In this document: piece by piece, positions 58,508-64,000 of the stretch
How positions within the stretch are numbered: the stretch's first letter is position 1
How the letters are laid out: the number at the start of each line of letters is the position of its first letter
Source of the DNA: a virus
Length of the DNA stretch: 64,000 nt
Virus record (IMG/VR): IMGVR_UViG_3300023179_000077
Coordinates: 1-64,000 of that record
Direction: 5' to 3' (one strand)
Program-made: the position numbers and the translations under genes
Notes under the pieces: generated by a model
The model's database searches: none
Told to the model about the DNA's origin: nothing
The model's input: the letters and a program-made list of their open reading frames with translations, nothing else

Positions 58508-61393
58508 ATGTCTATATTTAAAGATACATTTAAATTTGGAGTTAAAACTCAAATAGAAAAAAGACAAGAAGCTATATTTGAACGCACTCCTACAGCTGTT
58601 CAATATTATAATGCTCGCAACGCTTGGATTAGAATGACCTCTTCTGTTAATGTTAAAGGTTCTGATAGTCTAGCTAAACAATATGTTTTAATAGGAGGAG
58701 TAATAAATAATAATGGTACTTTAAAATCAGGAATAGGAAATACAAATAATAATGCTTATAGCACAGTAACTCCTGGAGGTGGAACTAATAGACTAGGTAT
58801 TCGTCCTATGCCCGGTATTACTGGAATAGATGTACAATCATTAGGTGCCTATGGATCATTAAGAAATGTAGTTGTTAATTTTGTATGCTGGGATATACGT
58901 CAATTAGAAGATTTAGAATTACTTTATATGCGCCCTGGTTATACAGTGTTAATAGAATGGGGGTGGGCTCCTTATTTAACTAATAATAAAACATTAGGAA
59001 ATATTGTTAAATTTAATGATAGTGTTTTAAATGGAGGTAAATCAAAAGAAGATATTTGGAAAGAAATATTTACTCAAGCTTCAGCAGATGGTAACTATGA
59101 TGCAATGTATGGTAAAATACAAAATTATAGTTGGAAAGCCAGAAATGATGGAGGATATGATTGTACTGTAACAGTTATTTCTATTGGAGAAATAATAGAT
59201 TCTTTAAAAGTAAATTACGTACCTGCTGACCAACCAGATATTGAAAAAAAAGGAATCATTACTAATAGAATTACATCATTACAAGATTTAAATTTACAAA
59301 GTGAAATATCAGGATCGTATTCTAAAAATATAGTAGCCGGAGTATGTCATGAATTATATGCTATAGCAAGTGCAAGAATAACATCACCTGAAGGATCTTA
59401 TAGGATAGTAGATACTATAGGATCAAATTCTTATAATTATGATTTTTATAAATTATCTATACCTTTTACAAATGTAGATGTATCTAAAACATCTATTATT
59501 AAAAATGATGTTCAAATTTATATTACTTTAGGTTCATTTATTGAAATTTTGAATAAATACGTTTTAATAGAAGATAGTAAGCAAGGTACATCTTATGTTA
59601 AATTATCAGTTAAAGAATCTGATATAACGTCTGATGGAAAAAAAGATTTGTTATGTTTAGGAAATAAATATCAACTATCAACTGATTTATCTGTTTGTTT
59701 AATAGCAAATGAAGCATGGTTAAACCCAGAAGGAGAACTGGGTATTAAAGGATCATTTAATACTTTACAAACATTTACTAAAAATGCAACTAAAAAATAT
59801 TTTTATAGTGATTCAAACATAAATAATAAATATCAATTTGGTATTATAGGAAATATATATGTTAATTTAAATTATTTATACTCTTTAATTACTGATGATA
59901 ATGTTGCTTCTCAAGATCAAAATGAAAAAAATGATATTCCTGTATATAGATTTGTAAAAGATATTTTATTTGGAGTATCTAAAGCAATAGGAAACGTTGC
60001 TAATTTTGATATACATGTTGATCCTATAGATAATAATGTAGCTAAAATAATAGATGTAAACTATATAGACACAATAAGTAGAAAAGAAGCATATGATAAT
60101 GCTTTTAAATTTGAAATGCATAATACAAAATCTATAGTTAGAAACTATAGTTTAGAATCTTCAATATTTCCTAGTCAAGGAGCTATAGTAGCTATAGGTG
60201 CTCAAGTACAAGGTGGAGTTATAGGAGCAGATACAAATACATTAGTTGATTTTAATCAAAACTTAACAGATCGTATTATACCTAAAGTAAATGCTCCTGT
60301 AAAAAATAAATCATTAGAGGATGATATTAAAGCTAAAATAGATAATTTAACTAAAAACGTAAACGTAATAATAACTTTTATAACAGGTCTTGATACTAAT
60401 ACTTCTGAAGGAGGAGGATTTGATGTTTCTAAAACATCTGAATATTATTCTGCTTTACGAGATATAATTAATTTTTATAAAGGATTTGTTAATGTTAATA
60501 ATAAAAATAGAGCTATAATACCAACTAAATTATCTCTTGAAATAGATGGTATTGGAGGAATGATAATAGGAAATATATTTAGAATTCCTGATGAAATATT
60601 ACCTAAAGGATATAAAGGTGATGATGGGATAGGAGCTAAAATTGGATTTGTAGTAACTAAATTAGGTCATTCTATTCAAAATAATGACTGGATTACTAAA
60701 ATAGATTCACAATTTATCATTTTAGATAATCCCAAATCGGGTATTGATGAAGCTGCTTTTCAAGAACTACAAAAACAAATAATAACATCTATACAATCAG
60801 GTAATGTTGAAGAAGCAAAAAAAATTACATCATCTGCTATATCAACTATAAATCCACCAGAAAAAGGAAATTGGAATACTTTAAATAATACTCTTTTAAC
60901 TATAGCAAATCAAGGCTCAAAAACTTGGAAAGAGCAAAGATCTAATCCTCTTATTCTTAACACATATAAAGAAATAGGAATTCCTCAAAGTTCAGATGCT
61001 GCTGCTTGGTGTGCTGCTTTTGTAGGATATGTTTTAAAAACATCTAAATTACCTTATTTAAAAACTTTAAGTAGTTTAGCATATGCTAAATATGGTCAAG
61101 AAGTATCTCTTAATGATCCGTCAAAATGGAGAAAATGGGATATAGCAGTATGGAAACATACTACTAAACCAGGAACAGGTCATGTATCTTTTATAACAGG
61201 AGTAACAGGAACTGGAACTACACCACAAGAACCAATAAGCGCTTTTGGAGGTAATCAATCAGATACTGTGCAAGTTTCAAAATATCCTTATAGAGGAAGT
61301 GATATGGTTTTAATTGCTGTTAGAAGAGCCTGGATTCCTCCTAATAATATATTACCACCAGCTTCAGGAAATACTGGAGGTAATACAATATAA
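58508..61393 (+). CDS. Baseplate hub protein with C-terminal TIGR02594-like (CHAP/NlpC-type) peptidoglycan hydrolase
   Basis: RPMPGITG, LYMRPGYTVLIEWGW; C-terminal AWCAAFV, GHVSF, GGNQSD. Confidence 0.75.
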   Translation: MSIFKDTFKFGVKTQIEKRQEAIFERTPTAVQYYNARNAWIRMTSSVNVKGSDSLAKQYVLIGGVINNNGTLKSGIGNTNNNAYSTVTPGGGTNRLGIRPMPGITGIDVQSLGAYGSLRNVVVNFVCWDIRQLEDLELLYMRPGYTVLIEWGWAPYLTNNKTLGNIVKFNDSVLNGGKSKEDIWKEIFTQASADGNYDAMYGKIQNYSWKARNDGGYDCTVTVISIGEIIDSLKVNYVPADQPDIEKKGIITNRITSLQDLNLQSEISGSYSKNIVAGVCHELYAIASARITSPEGSYRIVDTIGSNSYNYDFYKLSIPFTNVDVSKTSIIKNDVQIYITLGSFIEILNKYVLIEDSKQGTSYVKLSVKESDITSDGKKDLLCLGNKYQLSTDLSVCLIANEAWLNPEGELGIKGSFNTLQTFTKNATKKYFYSDSNINNKYQFGIIGNIYVNLNYLYSLITDDNVASQDQNEKNDIPVYRFVKDILFGVSKAIGNVANFDIHVDPIDNNVAKIIDVNYIDTISRKEAYDNAFKFEMHNTKSIVRNYSLESSIFPSQGAIVAIGAQVQGGVIGADTNTLVDFNQNLTDRIIPKVNAPVKNKSLEDDIKAKIDNLTKNVNVIITFITGLDTNTSEGGGFDVSKTSEYYSALRDIINFYKGFVNVNNKNRAIIPTKLSLEIDGIGGMIIGNIFRIPDEILPKGYKGDDGIGAKIGFVVTKLGHSIQNNDWITKIDSQFIILDNPKSGIDEAAFQELQKQIITSIQSGNVEEAKKITSSAISTINPPEKGNWNTLNNTLLTIANQGSKTWKEQRSNPLILNTYKEIGIPQSSDAAAWCAAFVGYVLKTSKLPYLKTLSSLAYAKYGQEVSLNDPSKWRKWDIAVWKHTTKPGTGHVSFITGVTGTGTTPQEPISAFGGNQSDTVQVSKYPYRGSDMVLIAVRRAWIPPNNILPPASGNTGGNTI

Positions 61394-61417
61394 TATAAAA
61401 TAATATTTTATATAACT

Positions 61418-61951
61418 ATGAAAATACCAGCAAATATAATTAAAAAAAATCAATATACAATTGGAAATGAATTTATATATAAAAATTCATATAAAGAATA
61501 TCAAGGATATTATTATGAATTAAATAATAAATTTTTTGCAGGCAAAGAATTTAATGTTAATGCTCCTATTTTAATAAAAAAAAATTCTAATGAAATAAAT
61601 AAATTACTATTAAATCCAAAAACATCAGAGTACGCAAGATTATCAAATAATAAAATTAAAAATTATAAATCTTTTTCTTTTTATTTTATTCCTACTGAAC
61701 AAGATATTAAAGAAGGACAAACGATTAGATATTTTTGCCAACAAGTTAATACTAAATTAATAAAAGAAATAAATAAAAAAGATTATCAAGATATTTTTTC
61801 TAATCCATTATTTGTTGTTGTTGAAATTAAATGTTATATAATTGCAGATATTTTAAATCCTGTAGGAAATAATAATTATACATTTGATGAGATTAGTTTA
61901 GAAAATGCCCAAAAAACTATACCAGAAATTAGAGCTTTTTTGGAAGGCTAA
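61418..61951 (+). CDS. Hypothetical protein (baseplate region)
   Basis: YT.G.EF..Y.GYY, PTEQD...G...RYF. Confidence 0.6.
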   Translation: MKIPANIIKKNQYTIGNEFIYKNSYKEYQGYYYELNNKFFAGKEFNVNAPILIKKNSNEINKLLLNPKTSEYARLSNNKIKNYKSFSFYFIPTEQDIKEGQTIRYFCQQVNTKLIKEINKKDYQDIFSNPLFVVVEIKCYIIADILNPVGNNNYTFDEISLENAQKTIPEIRAFLEG

Positions 61952-61970
61952 AAAATTTTCGTTAACTTTA
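61938..61970 (+). promoter_or_regulatory. Bacteroidota-type sigma-70-like promoter (TTTG-N20-TAACTTTA)
   Basis: Matches TTTG-N19-21-TAnnTTTG except the last base; upstream of the polymerase gene. Confidence 0.45.
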
Positions 61971-61990
61971 AACTATAAAGGTTATGATAT

Positions 61991-63286
61991 ATGTTTTATA
62001 TTATAGAGCGCTCAGATCAATTGTTTTCTCAATCGTTTAACGATTGTTTCGTTAGATTTATTTCTAAAAACGATAATTATCATCCGTCACTCACGTCACT
62101 AAGTCTAATATACGTTAGACCGCTTGATGGAAAGAAAGGATACATTTTGTGTTTAGATCACAATGAATCGTTTAGTATACCTCAAACTGAAATTATTAAT
62201 TGGCTACTTAATAATACAGGTAAACTGTGGGTATTGAACAAAAAAGAAGCACTACATTGGGTATATCCACTAGCTGATAAATTATACGATGCTCATCTAC
62301 TCGAATTTATTGACTTAACTGAAATATTAGGAAATAATTGTATTAATCATTATTATAGAAATAATATTAATTTACCTAATATTAATTGCTTAATACCAAT
62401 CAGTAAACACTATGAAGAATGTGAAAAAATATTTCAAGCAACACTACCTATAATACAAAAATACACACCCAGTAATACACAATTCCAATTTCAAAATTTT
62501 AATACAGTAAACGTATTCTATAATATAGAAAAAAACGGCATAAAAGTAGATAAAAACTGCTTTATTGACTGTTATGGCGATGATTTAAAATATCCCGAGT
62601 TTAGTTTATTTAAGGGAAGAATATATTCTTCTTATAATTTAAATACTACTACGTCTCGTCCGTCAAACACATATAACACTATTAATTTCGCAGCACTGAA
62701 TAAAACAAACGGAGAACGTTTATGTTATAAACCAAATAACGATTCATTTATAGAGATAGACATTCAGGGCTATCATCCACGCTTAATAGGTGAATTAGTT
62801 GGTTTTGAATTTCCTAAAGATAAAAACACATATGATTACTTAGGTGAATTACTTAATGTATCACAGCAGGAAGCTAAAGAATTAACGTTTAAGCAGTTAT
62901 ATGGTGGTGTTTGGAGTGAATATCGTGATAAACCATTCTTTAAAGACGTAATAAAATACATTGATAATTTATGGAATACATACCAATATAATGGTTACTA
63001 CGAAACTAAAAATAAAATATTTATACGTGACAAAACAATGACAATTAATAAATTATTTAATTATGTAATTCAAAGTTATGAAACATCAACTAATGTTCAG
63101 TTACTTGAATTAATTTTAAATCATTTAAAAGATAAAAAAACAAAACTAGTACTATACACGTATGATGCTTTCTTATTTGATTATAACAAAGAAGATATTA
63201 ATTTAATTCAAGAAATAATAAATATACTAAAATACCCAGTAAATATCAAACAAGGCAAAACATATCACAGTTTAACCAAAATCTAA
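61991..63286 (+). CDS. Short divergent family-A (PolA-like) polymerase
   Basis: TTTSRPSN, DIQGYHPR (motif A), AKELTFKQLYG (motif B), NYVIQ, YTYDAFLFD (motif C). Confidence 0.8.
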   Translation: MFYIIERSDQLFSQSFNDCFVRFISKNDNYHPSLTSLSLIYVRPLDGKKGYILCLDHNESFSIPQTEIINWLLNNTGKLWVLNKKEALHWVYPLADKLYDAHLLEFIDLTEILGNNCINHYYRNNINLPNINCLIPISKHYEECEKIFQATLPIIQKYTPSNTQFQFQNFNTVNVFYNIEKNGIKVDKNCFIDCYGDDLKYPEFSLFKGRIYSSYNLNTTTSRPSNTYNTINFAALNKTNGERLCYKPNNDSFIEIDIQGYHPRLIGELVGFEFPKDKNTYDYLGELLNVSQQEAKELTFKQLYGGVWSEYRDKPFFKDVIKYIDNLWNTYQYNGYYETKNKIFIRDKTMTINKLFNYVIQSYETSTNVQLLELILNHLKDKKTKLVLYTYDAFLFDYNKEDINLIQEIINILKYPVNIKQGKTYHSLTKI

Positions 63287-63292
63287 ATATTT

Positions 63293-63715
63293 ATGACAGA
63301 ACATTATAATTTATTTGATCAATTGAATAAACTTTTCTGTACATTCACTTTACCGGACGAACTAGAATCTACTATTAATAATATTAACCGCCGCTATGTT
63401 ATATTATATAATAAAATATTCATACTCGAATCGCCTCAAAGTAACGAGTTAATATGCACTTATAACATAGACACCGGCAACGTTGCCGACAGCCCATTAC
63501 CAAATACTATTCTAGTACATCGTAAAAAAGAATCAAACACACTCTACACTATCAATGCTTTAAATGCATTGATTAGACAACTTAATGAAGGAAGGCTAGA
63601 TAAAAATTATATGGTTAATTGGTTAGACTATAGAAACTGTATATTATTGAATAATGGCCCTGAATTACGTCGTTTAGATACAGCTATTTATAAAATTATA
63701 GACTTAGGTAAATAA
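63293..63715 (+). CDS. Hypothetical protein
   Basis: ORF: NKLFCTF..CTYNID..HRKKESNTLYTINALN. Confidence 0.7.
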   Translation: MTEHYNLFDQLNKLFCTFTLPDELESTINNINRRYVILYNKIFILESPQSNELICTYNIDTGNVADSPLPNTILVHRKKESNTLYTINALNALIRQLNEGRLDKNYMVNWLDYRNCILLNNGPELRRLDTAIYKIIDLGK

Positions 63716-63716
63716 A

Positions 63717-64000
63717 ATGGCTACATACACATCAAATCAATTATACGGCTCTGGTTCAATCGGAGAAAATTTATCAGGATTAAAAACATTTACGTTTTAT
63801 AATGCTGATGCTTCAACTGGTTATTTTACTTTAGAGACTATAAGAAATGCTGATGGATTTTACAATAGTGGTTCTAAAACTAACGCAGTAGGAACATGGG
63901 TTGTATCATCATCTATGGGATTTGTTTCATCATCTCATGTAGCTTCAGCTGTTATTTCTCCAGGCACATCATCGCTTACATTTACACCAACAGTAGCTGT
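63717..64000 (+). CDS. Partial Ser/Thr-rich (probably virion) protein, runs off the window
   Basis: ATG at 63717, MATYTSNQLYGSGSIGENLSG.. open to the window end. Confidence 0.65.
   Translation, partial: MATYTSNQLYGSGSIGENLSGLKTFTFYNADASTGYFTLETIRNADGFYNSGSKTNAVGTWVVSSSMGFVSSSHVASAVISPGTSSLTFTPTVA

Noticed and set aside
1-64000. Alternative genetic code (stop-codon reassignment)
   Set aside because: Genes are intact and densely packed under code 11; conserved proteins end at expected positions

Overview
This window is an AT-rich segment of a large T4-like (contractile-tailed) bacteriophage genome, with essentially all genes on the + strand. The host is most likely Bacteroidota: translation starts are A-rich and mostly lack Shine-Dalgarno sites, there is a TTTG..TAnnTTT-type promoter, and a membrane protein carries D-S/T glycosylation sequons. 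Positions 1-11.2 kb hold accessory genes: a pyrimidine-dimer glycosylase-like protein, two GIY-YIG endonucleases, an FAD oxidoreductase, a P-loop kinase, a vWA-metallopeptidase plus MoxR-type ATPase, a DUF6884-like protein and a spanin-like protein. Positions 11.3-61.9 kb hold the morphogenesis module: terminase, portal, prohead protease, scaffold, major capsid, PhoH, neck, three giant modular fibres, sheath, tube, chaperone, tape measure and baseplate. A divergent family-A polymerase follows. The main unexplained patterns are: (1) a short peptide (R/K)-(M/W)-Q-x-(L/I/Y)-A-G-(I/L) shared by the scaffold C-terminus and unrelated small cargo proteins, two of them in a constant-leader/variable-cargo tandem cassette, which suggests a capsid-loading tag system; (2) pervasive (S/T)-G-S and (S/T)-A-S tripeptides concentrated in virion proteins, a candidate modification sequon; (3) an ATATTTAT element before most late genes; (4) a probable programmed frameshift in the tail chaperone; (5) a multi-hairpin RNA element; and (6) a PolA-like enzyme with His at the steric-gate position. 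All family assignments come from motif recognition by eye, not database searches.
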